64,000 bases of DNA from Vicugna vicugna (Eukaryota): contig MU058054.1 of NCBI GenBank assembly GCA_013265495.1, forward strand, positions 682,001-746,000, written 5' to 3'. The translations under genes and the position numbers were made by a program. The notes beneath the pieces are model-generated. The model was not told where the DNA came from, ran no database searches, and saw only the letters and a list, made by a program, of their open reading frames with translations. Position 1 is the first letter of the stretch, and every line of letters begins with the position of its first letter. Positions 49,970-61,480 of the stretch are shown here, in pieces.

Positions 49970-52757
49970 CTGGTGGTAGAAAAATATAAAATATCGAAAG
50001 AATACATATACAATCCACCTAAAACAGTTTTTTTTAAAGTTTTTAGTTTGCTTGAATTGCTAGGGACAATAAGGTTGATTTTAAGCATGGCATTCATTAA
50101 ACAGGACTGTCTTTATGGTTCTGAGATGCGTTCCATTCTGTCTGGATCTTCCCACTTACTTCTCTGAAGAAGCTGTTCTGTAGGTGTGGCCTTAGTTTTG
50201 TTTGATGGAGTCAGAAATGAAAATGATCCATGAAGAAAGAGCAACATCACATTATTCCTTTAATGTGTTACTTTAATTTGTATTTTCCTGGGAAAGGATG
50301 AGCACCCTCAGAATCAAATGGGCATTCGGAAATAAGACAGCTCAAGACTCTCTGCATTCATATTAGAAAGCAACCTTCAACAGATAAATACAGATGGCAC
50401 CAATTATTGTATGGGCTGCTGCCACAAGAGAAACATTTTGTTATGCAAATTTATGAACAAAACACCTGTTACCGCAATAGTCACACCACTAACAATCTGC
50501 AGACTGGGTTGCTAAAGGCATTTGGAAACAGTTACCTTTTCTCTGTTAATACAGCTGGACCTACACAGTGATCCAGCCTATGTTATTGATTATTCTCGAA
50601 TATTCCCGAGGAGCCAAGTATTCAAAAGATCAGAAGATTTGCATCTTTTCACTGATGGGCATCACAGCCTGGCAGACACATCTGGTCACTTTACAGATGA
50701 TCGTGTAAAGCCTTCGAGGCTCACAGATTGAAGTCTGAACACACCTAATGTCTGCTCGTAGGCACTGAGGATGAAGAGGTACTTCTTTTGATTGTTTTGT
50801 CCAAATTTCTGCTGCAACCTGATTTGCTATCTGTGGTCCAAAGACATTTGGAAAATACAAAGAGGCAATTCTAGGCCAAGCCCACTTCTGGGCTACCTCT
50901 CAGAATAGTGGTGAGAATAAAATGAGTTTAATTGTGTAAAGCGCTTTGTACAGGGCCAGCCACATAGGAGGGCACTGAACAAATGTTAATTCTCTTCTTC
51001 TAAATTGTGAAACCCGGGGAAATGCCTTGCTTATAACTGGCACTTAGTAAATGCTCATTGATTCGAATTGCTCTCAGTCTTTCTCAAGAGTTTTTTACGT
51101 TCTTTGCCAGATAGTTTAATTGCAGTAGAGACAAGTACTGTAGGAAATGTTTTACTAGACTTGAGAGAAAAGAGATTAAGTTCTAAATCTCCGTTCTTTC
51201 TTCAAATAGATCCTATCTACCATATTGAAATTTTATGTGTCACTCATCATCTCTGTGATCATCAAATGCATTTCCCACTTGGACGAAGGTTATTATTTTG
51301 ACAGTTTAGGGACGGGGCTGCTTAATAAGGAGCCCTTGAAAGATTTAATGCAGAAGAGATTTGCTCTGGAATTTAAAAGAGCCATGCAACCAGGCTCCAG
51401 ATTGTCAAAAGCAGTGTCATAATTCCATTTTATTCATCTCGGCTAAAGATAGAGTGTGGCTGAGTCATGCTCATTGCCTCCCCATTCATTTTTATGTCAT
51501 ATGCTCCTGGCAAACCAGACAGAGGGATTGATGGGAAAGACAGGGGTAATATTAAGCTATCAATTAGCAACACTATTTCCAAGGTTGGTGTCTATGCACA
51601 ACTGTTGGGTTTTTGAAATATGATTTCCAAAACTAATTAACAAGCTCATTTGATTGCCAGACTTGATAATCCTTGTTGCATAAACATAGGTTTAATATTT
51701 GGGTCAAACAAATAGTTATAAAGTATAAAGATACCACATTCTTATTAGTAAAGTATAAAGACAGAGCCTCTAAGATTTAACAGTAAAAGAAAACGTATGA
51801 GAAACTTCCCAGAGTTACCACCGCACTTCTCCCAGACTGTTTCACGAATGTGCTGTTACCTGTTTAAGGATCAGCACACACTGGATTTATTACTTTGGGT
51901 GAGTTACTTTACCTCTTTGTAGTTTAGTTTCTTGTTCTGTAAACTGGAACTCAGACTAATACCTGCCGACTAGAGTCGCTGTCAGGAGACAGTCCATCTA
52001 AGACCTCAGCACGGGGTCTGGCTCTAGTTCAGTTGTAAGAATGATGATTATTACTATAGCAAAACTTCACTGCTCTGATTTGTTGAGGAAAGACCCAGCT
52101 ACAATTGTAAAAGGTAGACTTTTACAATTATAGACTTGAGAGTGAAAAAATCAAGTAGCTAACAAAATGCTGCCTAATCGAGCTCCAGGTGGAGACGGTA
52201 ATCATATTTCCTGAACCAGAAATGAAAACGTGGGTTTTGATACATGATCTGATTGGGACAGATGATTCACAATCAGGACTACCCTGGAAATTACAAACAT
52301 AGAAAGTACATATTTTCTTAATGAGTCACAGGAAGAGCACTGATTATTTGTATTTAAAGATTGTTCTCTTAAGTATTTTAGATATTTACTCAGAATATTA
52401 TTTTTAGTATTAATTTGTGCCATCTATTATGTTTTCTAAATAATAATAATGTTAGTCCAGCTGCATCCATTTTTGAACAGAACATAAATTACTGGACACT
52501 GAGTTAATGAGTAGATAGTTATCCAGGCACCCAGGATCTACGGGCCCAGTCCTGTGATGGGTCAAGTTGGATATCCAAAAAGTCGGCTCGTAACAGTGAA
52601 ACAAGGCATATCTTATTTGCCAAGTAGCATCACCCTCAGAGTTCTAGTTAACAATGGAGTAGTTTTGGTGAAAAAGACAGCTTAAAATTAATTTTTCCTT
52701 TCCTTTCAGCAACTTAGAGTAAAAAAGCAGGGTAATCTTAAAAAGACACAAATACAT

Positions 52758-53702
52758 GGGCAGAAGACCTAAACAAGCAATTCTCCAGTGAAGACATACG
52801 AATGACCAATAGGCACATGAAAAAATACTCAATATCACTAATTGTCAGAGAAATGCAAATCAAAACTCCAATGAGGTATCACCTCACACCAGTCAGAATG
52901 GCCATCATTCAGAAGTCCACAAATGACAAACGCTGGAGAGGCTGTGGAGAAAAGGGAACCCTCCTACACTGCTGGTGGGAATGCAGTTTGGTGCAGCCAC
53001 TGTGGAAAACAGTATATGGAGATTCCTCAAAAGACTAGAAATAGACTTACCATATGACCCAGCAATCCTGCTCCTGGACGTATCTCCAGAAGGGACCCTA
53101 CTTCAAAAAGACACCTGTACCCCAATGTTCATAGCGGCACTATTTACAATAGCCAAGACATGGAAACAGCCTAAATGTCCATCAACAGATGACTGGATAA
53201 AGAAGAAGTGGTATATTTATACAATGGAATACTACTCAGCCTTAAAAATGACAACATAACGCCATTTGCAGCAACATAGATGGACCTGGAGATCGTCATT
53301 CAAAGTGAAGTAAGCCAGAAAGAGAAAGAAAAATACCATATGATTATCACTTATATGTGGAATCTAAAAAAAAAAAAAACAGAAGAAGAAGAAGACAAAT
53401 GAACTTAAATATAAAACAGAAACAGACTCATAGACATAGAACACAACCTTGTGGCTGCCGGGAGGAGGAGGGTAGGAAGGGACAGACTGGGAGTTCAAAA
53501 TTTGTAGATACTGACAGGTATATATATATAATAGATAAACAAGTTTGTACTGTATAGCACAGGGAAATACATACAAGATCTTGTGGTAGCTCATGGTTAA
53601 AAAGAACATGGCAATAAATATATGTATATTCATGTATGACTGAAAAATTGTGCTCTACACTGGAAATTGACACAACATTGTAAACTGACTATAACTTAAA
53701 AC
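52758..53702 (+). mobile_element. Young 5'-truncated L1
   Basis: Translates [62 protein letters not shown] aaagacacaaa(t/c)acat at 52742-52757 and 53703-53718. Confidence 0.93.
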
Positions 53703-54420
53703 AAAGACACAAACACATACACAAACTAGAGTGTTAAAAGAGTAAGAGACCAGACCTAATAACAGCTGACATCTACTGAGTGTTATACTTCATGTGTTAT
53801 CCTATATTTTAATCTCTATGAGACTCCTAAGAGGGAGTTCATGTTCACTCCTAAGAGGGAGGTAATATACCTTCATTTCATACTTGAGGAATCTGAGATT
53901 TAAAGTGGGTAAGTGCAACGTTAACCCGTGCAAGGTAACACAGCTCGTTAAGTGGTGGAACTATTCAAATCTATGCAGTCTGGATCCAAAGACTTCATGG
54001 CTTACCATTAACCAGTACATGCATAATATCTACAAATATACAAGTGTATATTTGTAAATATACAAAGCTAAAGGTTGGTGAAATTTCAGGGAAAAATGCA
54101 GGATTTAAATCTCGAAAGGAGCAAAAAGAAGCAAGGGAAGACTTTCCTTTCATACCAGGATTGACGGATTGAAAAGGTTTAAGAAGATTGCTTGCATTTT
54201 CTGTGTACATGAGTCTACCCACAATGCTCATCTTTAGTCAGTTTCCATTCTGTAACATGAAATAATAATAGTACGTATCTGATAGCTTTGTTGTAAGGGT
54301 TAAATGAGTTAAAAAATACATAGCACTTAGAACCGTGCATGATACCTGGTAAATACTGTGTTAGCTTTGATTTTTCTTTGCAATCATATAACAGTTTATA
54401 TTTTACAGTACGATCTGAAG

Positions 54421-54617
54421 TAATAGCTCTCAAACTTGACTGTGTATTAGAGTCACCTGAAAGTCTTGTACAAACATCGCTGCCCTTCCCCTGCCCCACC
54501 GCCCCCAGAACTTTTGATTTAGTAGGTCTGGCCTGGGGTCTGAGAATTCGCATTTCTTAGACGTTCCCAGTTGGTGCTGATGCTGCTGGTCCCAGGACTG
54601 TGCTTAGAGAACCACTG
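54421..54617. mobile_element. MER5A-like hAT-Charlie MITE
   Basis: tctcaaacttgactgtgtattagagtcacctg...gtaggtctgg...gaattcgcatttct...gctgatgctgctggtcc...gagaaccactg. Confidence 0.8.
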
Positions 54618-55274
54618 GTCTAAAGAGCTGTTTAACCTATTTCATTGAGACACAGACCTAATATATTAGGGTAAAGCAAGGAGAGATTTGAATTAAGCAT
54701 CTCTGCTTTTATTGTTTAGAAAAATACATACACAATATATGTATAAAGAAACTATTTGATTGCCTAGGCTAACAGTAAAGGAAGCCCACTTTACAGTAAA
54801 GAACAATTACGTATCTTGGGGGAAATTGGGTCAATTTAGTCAGAGGTGGTTCTCATCTAAGCTATGTAACTAACAGAAGAGAAAAACTGAGGTCCAGAGA
54901 GGTGAAGTGACTAGCTCACAGTTACCCACCTGGCAAAGACGTTGCCAAGGTCAGACCTCAGTATTCCAACTTGCCTACCTAAGCATCCTTTTCTCTAGAT
55001 GTACGGCCTGTTGGGAGCCTGTGTGAAGGGAACTGATCACAGCTCCAGGTCAAAGTGGACCCACGTTGGCATGTCTGAGTGTGCTGACACGCTCACACAA
55101 ATTCAAGTCATAGGGGAAAAACAGCGGGTCTTACACATTTCCTCAGTATACATATTCTACATAGTACCAGGGAGAATTTGATACTGTATCAAGATCAGCC
55201 TCAATATAACCAGGTTAACATGTAGCCTCTCCTTCTCTGCACTTAGTGTGTACAAAATAACCCTTTCAAGCAAG

Positions 55275-55950
55275 CGAGGATGCTGATCAATATGGATATG
55301 ACTATTCTTAGCTCTTCCCAAAGAGAGGTCTGGCCTTTGCCCTTGGACACTGGGAGGTGATCTCTAGGCCCCTGGAGGGCCCTGCTTGATAGTGGTGTCT
55401 TTTATGATAGGGGCTTTCAGCCATGCTGTCAGTTCCAACCTCTAGAGGAGTTAGACTGAAATCATTAGTCTGTCCTCTGGGAAGGACTGAAAACTAAAAG
55501 TCAGCCAAATGGGCAGTGTGATCGAGCCCCAATAAAAACTCTGGATGCTAATATCTTGGGAAAGCTTCCCCAGTTGGCAATAATCTATGCATGTTGTTGC
55601 ACATCATGGTTGGAAGGAGGTAATGCTCTCCATGACTCCACAGGGAGAAGATGGCAGAAGCTGCACTTAGACCCCTCCTGGATCCTGCCCTAAGCATCTC
55701 TTCACTCGGCTGATTTTAATTTGTATCCTTTTGCTATAATACCACGATAATTGTAAGCATGGTGCTTTCCTGAGTTTGAGAGTCTCTCTAGCAAATTAGC
55801 CAATGTGAGGTGGTGGGGCCCCCCAAATATGTAGAGAGTTGATCTGAAGTGAGGTTGGTTCTAGGGACCCTGAACTTGTGTCTGGTGTCCAAGTGAGGGC
55901 AGTCTTGTGGGAACTGTTACCTCCTCAGACTTGGCAGTTTGCCTAAACTC
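55275..55950 (+). mobile_element. MER21/MER68-group solo LTR
   Basis: aaagagaggtctggcctttgccctt...ccccaataaaaactctgga...gctgattttaatttgtatccttttgctataat matches the recalled MER21-group LTRs. Confidence 0.65.
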
Positions 55951-56501
55951 ATTCTAGGGTGATGGTGAAAGCAAGGATACTAAAGGGTGAGGTAAGAAAA
56001 CTTGGGTATGATTCATAATGGCAAAGTCTATGAAATTGGTGAGTTTAGGGGTCTGTACCTTGGAAAAGGTGAATTAAAAGAGTCTTCCAGATGGGAGGTA
56101 AGAGACCAAGATTCTGGCAGGAGATAAAATTAGACCCATTGTGGATCTGAGTGAGAGTCCTGATAGAGTGACCTTAGGCAAATTACTTCAAGCCTTAGTC
56201 AAAGAGAGCTAAATATGAGTTAAAAGTGATGATATATGTTAAATGTTTTTAAAATGTCACATGTGAAAAAACAAAATGGTTTTAACATTTTCAAAACATC
56301 TGAGTGTAACTGTCACAAATTGATATATACTGGAGGAGTTAATAGTTTCTTGATTTTTTCGCCCTCAGAATAGAAAAAGTTATTTCCCTGAGTTTTTTTT
56401 TCTTTAAGCCACATTTCTATACTCAAAACTTTCACTTGATTAGCAAGACTTTATCTTTAATATAGTTCCCCATGTGCATGTTCCCCAGCAAGGGACTTTT
56501 A

Positions 56502-56755
56502 TTTATTATTTTTAATTCATGTATAGTTGACATACAGCATGTCAGTTTCACATATAAAACATGATTGGATATTTGTACATATTGCTAAATGATCACCACA
56601 ATAAATCTAGTTAACATCCATCACCACACAGTTACAATCTTTTTTCTTGTGATGCGAACTTTTACGATTTACTCTTAGCAACTTTCAAACATACAAGAGA
56701 ATATTATTAGGTATAATTACATGCTGTACATTACATCCCCAGAACTCATTTATTT
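56502..56755 (-). mobile_element. L1 3' end insertion near IQCH exon 1
   Basis: Perfect 14-bp TSD gcaagggactttta at 56488-56501 and 56756-56769; L1 3'UTR-like body. Confidence 0.85.
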
Positions 56756-57228
56756 GCAAGGGACTTTTAGATCCAAAAAATTGGGGTACTTAAGAAAAGC
56801 AGTTCATATATTTCAATTTCTCCCCGAATTTCTTATCACTTCTCCAATGTGTCTGATTTGTATCTTACTTACTCCCCTACATCATGGATTCAAAATTTTC
56901 AGAACATTAACATTTAAAGATGGTGCCCCATTGTAAGATGAATTTTTCCAAAGTAAAGGTCCTAGGTGGGGCGTACGGTCCTGGAGTTTTACCAGAGGCA
57001 GAATGGTCGTGCTTCTGAAGCTCACCCTCCAGGGTCAGGCTCCGGAGGTGTGTGAGGCTGGCCGGCGAGATTGGCAAATCTGGGAGTCCTCTGAGGGGCG
57101 CTGCCCCTCGCGTGTTGGAGGCCGGCTGGGGGCGGCGCTACAAGTGGATGGGCGCGAGTGGATGGGCGCTGCTGCGCCTCGCTCCAGGGGTCTTAGCTGG
57201 GCAGGGCCAGGAGAGGCCCATTTCCCAC

Positions 57229-57279
57229 CTGGATTAAGATGGATCCGATGGGGTCGTGGTTTTCCGTCTCCTGGGCCAT
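57229..57279 (-). CDS. IQCH: IQ motif-containing protein H, coding exon 1
   Basis: ATG at 57279 in GGCATGG context. Encodes MAQETENHDPIGSILIQ, matching the recalled human N-terminus MAQNTENHDPVGSILIQ. Donor CAG|GTGGGA; 51 nt, phase 0. Confidence 0.95.
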
Positions 57280-57358
57280 GCCTGGGGCCGGGCGGGGCTC
57301 CCCGCCTTTCCTCGCAGGCGCGGTCTCTAGGCTCGGAAACCCTCCGCGCAGCGAGCTC

Positions 57359-57372
57359 GTTGCCATGGCAAC
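57359..57372. promoter_or_regulatory. RFX X-box (perfect palindrome GTTGCCATGGCAAC)
   Basis: Exact match to the RFX consensus GTTGCCATGGCAAC, located between the two start codons. Confidence 0.85.
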
Positions 57373-57406
57373 CCCACGCGCAGCGCGGCCTGGTCCACGC
57401 CGGGAG

Positions 57407-57510
57407 CGGAAGAGGGGGCGGGGGCGGGGCCGGCCGTGCCTTCCGAGGACGCGCCTGCCTTGCGCGTCTCCCCCGCGCGCCGGCGGCCGTGGTGCCGCCC
57501 AAGGCGGAAG
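57407..57510 (+). promoter_or_regulatory. Tandem Sp/KLF GC boxes and ETS (GABP-like) cores
   Basis: GGGGGCGGGGGCGGGGC at 57414-57430; CGGAAG at 57407-57412 and 57505-57510. These motifs are typical of bidirectional CpG promoters. Confidence 0.65.
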
Positions 57511-57545
57511 CGGCACCCGGACGGAACCGGCTCGCGGGTGCAGCG

Positions 57546-57618
57546 ATGGCTGCTGGCGTCCCCTGCGCGCTTGTCACCAGCTGCTCCTCCACCTTCTCCG
57601 CAGACCGGCTGGTCCAAC
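57546..57618 (+). CDS. AAGAB: Alpha- and gamma-adaptin-binding protein p34, coding exon 1
   Basis: GCGATGG start. Encodes [24 protein letters not shown] plus 1 nt, matching recalled human [25 protein letters not shown]. Donor |GTGAGT at 57619. Head-to-head arrangement with IQCH as in human. Confidence 0.96.
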
Positions 57619-60600
57619 GTGAGTAGCGAGGCGTCCGGGCCCACCTCCAAGCCCCGCTCCGAGCCTCGGCGGGCCACAGTCCCAGCACCGCCGCCTCCGT
57701 CGGGGCCTCTGTCCCCGCCGCGGGCCCCGGACTCTTCTCTCGGTGGTGGTCCGAGGCCCCTGGGGTGCCCCGCACACGCGGTCGAGGTGCCCAGTCCCCC
57801 GGGTGTCCACCCCTAGCTCCTACACTCGTTGCTTCTCTGGTTTCTCGGCCCACCGTTGCGTTTCTTCCAGCATGTTCTGTAAAGTGGGACTAATCGCTCC
57901 TCCACCCAGCCGGGGCTCGTTGTGGGCAACCTTTGAGGTGAACCGACAAGGCGCTCTGGAAACTGTACGGAGGCCCGCGAGTGTCAGGTGCAGGAATCGT
58001 GGTTTATGTCCCCAGCCCTGCTCCTGAAGTGAAGAGTGTGGTTCTTGGCCACCCCTCGATGTGTGTACTAAAAGGCTAAGTTAGCCTTGTACCCTCCACC
58101 CCGCAGTTATTCACAGCCGTGCCTTCCTCCTGAGGCTACGCCCTCCGTCAGCGAGTTTTTGGTTATTACTGGGCCCAGTCTCTCTGACTCTGGACCTTCA
58201 TCGTGGTTGCAAATGAAGGTTAAGATTACCTCAAACGAAGTAACTCTTGAAAGAACCATAGGCGGGCGAGGAGACCAGCGTAGAAGACAGAGAATAGGAC
58301 TGAGTCATAGGCTCAACTCCTCCACTAAAGGACTCTACGAAGTTGATTGTAACTCGGGACTCCTGTTTTAAATGCATGGCTTTGAGTCAGAGCCGGGATG
58401 CTCAGCTGTAACGTAGTAAGCACACTTAACCTCTGCCCTTTAGTTTTCTTATCTGAGAAATGGTGATAATTTTCACAGGATTGTTGTGCTTAACCCAGAG
58501 TAAACAGTCGATAAGTGGTACATACTGTTACTGAAGCACATTGTCTCTCTAAGCCCTCAGTTTCCCAATCCTGAAAGTGGGTCACATGAACCTATCTCAC
58601 AGGATTCTTTGAAGGATAGGCGATGTGACGTTTTGAAAGCATTTTGTAAACTGTAAAGCATCATGGAAACTGTAACTTCTCCCTGTCATTTTTTCAAATG
58701 ACAGTTAGGCAGGATGTCCCTCCAGCACAAATACTCTATAACTTAGTTATCATTTGTGATCACTTAAAAAGTTCCTTGCCAGGGTAAAAGTTACTTGCAA
58801 CACTTACCAAGTGCTCTGATTATGTCATTTCTTACCTCTGAGCAGTGCCCCTTTCTTTTCTTTTTTTTTTTTTGTTGTTGTTTCATTGTAAAAGTAGTGC
58901 ATACTCCATTAAGTAGAATTTAACATATGGAGAAAAGAAGATGTTGGCCCTGGTCTTATCAGCCAAGCACAAATACTGTGTTAACATTTCTGTGCATTTC
59001 CTTCCAGCTTTTTTTTCCAAGGTGTAGGTTTTTAAAACTTCGTAACTGCATTTCATATGTAATTTTTATCCTGATTTTTAATATATAACTTTAAAATATA
59101 TTACTATATTTTAATATATTGTATTTTTGTTACATATAACAACATAATTTAACATATTTTAATGTTATATTTAAAAATTTAAAATACTGTATCTTAAATA
59201 TTTGCATAAATATATCAAATATATTTGTATATCTGACATACAATATTTCATAAATAATTTTTCTCTTGCTGTTTTTCATTTACCATTACATCATAAGTTA
59301 GTTTCCCTCAAATATTACATCTAGTGAACATATCAATATTTACTCAGAATTCTTAAGATTCTTGGTGTATTTAACTGTCCAAAAGAATTATATGCATAAC
59401 TGATATATGAAAGTCCTTTCAAAGCCAGTCTCAGAGATGTTTAAGTTTTCTTATGGCTGTCATGTGCTTTAAGGATCGGAATTGGCAGACACGGTCACTT
59501 CCTTGATGGAGCTGATTACCTGTGGTTAATGAACAGTACCACTGTACTTTGAAGTAGATTAGCATGATTGGGAGTAAGATTAATTCTGTAAAATAATCCA
59601 CTTTATTTCTATTCATAAAATGCCTCTTGGATAACTTTTGTGGTGGTTGAAATTCGATGACCTTTCTTTTGTGACTTCATGTGATGTGGTGAAAAATAAG
59701 AGCAGCCAGTGAAGAGATTACTTGAGTGAGAAAAAGTGAACTATAAAAGAGGGCTTTCGTCATTTCTTCCAGGTTTACAGGCAGGGTAACCACGGATAGC
59801 TTTAGAATGTGGTATTTGCTGAGCATTCATTCTGTTTTATCTTAAAGATTGAATTAATCACAAATCAAGTCTAATTTTGGCATAAAAGATAAAGATTACT
59901 ATAATGAATGATTTTAAGTGTTCAGTGACATTAAGCCATAGTCAGATTTTGGATTGAGTCTAATTTACCCTTTTGGGAAGGTTTGGTTTCCTTCCATATG
60001 TCAGGAAGAAGAACCTTTAGGGTTTCTCCAGTTTCTCTTTCCTTCAACTTATGATCTATTTTACCACTTTTAACCAACAGCAGGAAATATTTCATAACCA
60101 AGAAGCCAAGTTTATTCATAAACTTGAAATAAAAATCAGTAGGCCTCTACTATGGATAAAGTGTATGTGTGAACTTTGTAAGAAATTTTTCATCTTTGTC
60201 ACTCAGAGGGCTTATCTGCAGTATTGTGGGTAGATGTCTGACTTTAGATAAATGGGGCATTACCAGTGTAGCCTTTTAAAGGGACGTGAAGGCTCAGGAT
60301 GCTTGTGCAAGGCTGTATGTGGTGTGACAGCAAGTGTTCGTACCCCCAGGCCAGATCGCCCTCACATATGTTTATATGAATGAACATTTTACTTGCATTC
60401 TCAAAAAGTATATTCTGATATTAAGAACAGAGCTGGTCTCTTTGCCAGTTACAGTACCCAGAATGACCACTAAGATACCATTCCTCCCTTCAAGAAGAGT
60501 GTAGTGAAATTGTGTGCTTTACTTATGAAAATATTAAAATGTAGATAACCTCGCTTTTAAGATCTTACTCTTCTTTTCCTAGAAGGAGCCTTAGATAGAA

Positions 60601-61223
60601 AAATCCCGTTTGGTTTTAATATGTGTAATGCTAACGTAGCAACCATCAGCCGTTTAGGTTCTATACCTGAACATTTGGAGCAGACTTTTTTTTCTTTTAG
60701 TGAAATGTGGGGATCTGGAGATATTATAATCATAACAAGCATTTATATGTATGTCAGCTCTCTTCCCAAACATGTTTTCGCATAATTCATTTTGGTCCCT
60801 GTATCCCTGTACTTTCGTGAAGTCAGGTTTTCCGCCATCTGTAAATGGAGAAACTGTGGCTTGGCAGCACTAGGTGGGTTGCCCAAAGTGCTCAGCTGAC
60901 AAGTGCTGGAGCATATGCTCACCTTCAGGATTCGTGTGCACGGACCGTGTGAATGAAACCTGTTGGAATTCCTTAGCAGTCACAGACAACTATTTAAATT
61001 TAAGGTGATGGTGTTGGTTCTAAAAGAAGATTTTAAAATATGCTTGCATTTCCGTTTAGAGTGGTTGAGGTCTTAATTCTGAATGAAGAAAAAAAGAAAT
61101 CCCTGTCCACAAGACCTGTATTGTAAAATGAGCATTTGCATGGCTGACAGCGTCTGCATTATTTTCTCTCGACTGGACTCAAAGTAGAGACGTTTTATTT
61201 ATATATATATTTACATCTATCTA

Positions 61224-61255
<32 letters not shown>

Positions 61256-61414
61256 AAAGTCACTCCTGCATAGAATTAACATCAAAAATGAAAGATTGCT
61301 CTAGATCATCTCTAACATCCCTTCTAGATGTAAAATTCTGTTATCACTTACTTATTTTTATGTTACATTATATAATGCTTCTTAAATTTTCTTACATTTT
61401 TCTTTCGAAAACTG

Positions 61415-61480
61415 AAGAGTCAAGCCCCAGTTTCAAGTTGCGGTAGAAAGAGTCAAGCCCCAGTTTCAAGTTGCAGTAGA
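61415..61480. repeat. 33-bp tandem duplication
   Basis: aagagtcaagccccagtttcaagttgc(g/a)gtaga occurs twice, with one CpG-type difference. Confidence 0.95.

Larger units (their letters stand above)
56970..58030. promoter_or_regulatory. CpG island / bidirectional promoter of IQCH and AAGAB
   Basis: Sharp rise in GC and CpG density covering both first exons, with divergent ATGs at 57279 (-) and 57546 (+). Boundaries approximate. Confidence 0.9.

Noticed and set aside
57003..57853. Long overlapping ORFs across the promoter (207 aa +, 272 aa -, and others)
   Set aside because: GC-rich CpG islands are depleted of stop codons, and the products are low-complexity Ala/Pro/Arg/Gly. Only the spliced IQCH and AAGAB first exons match known proteins.
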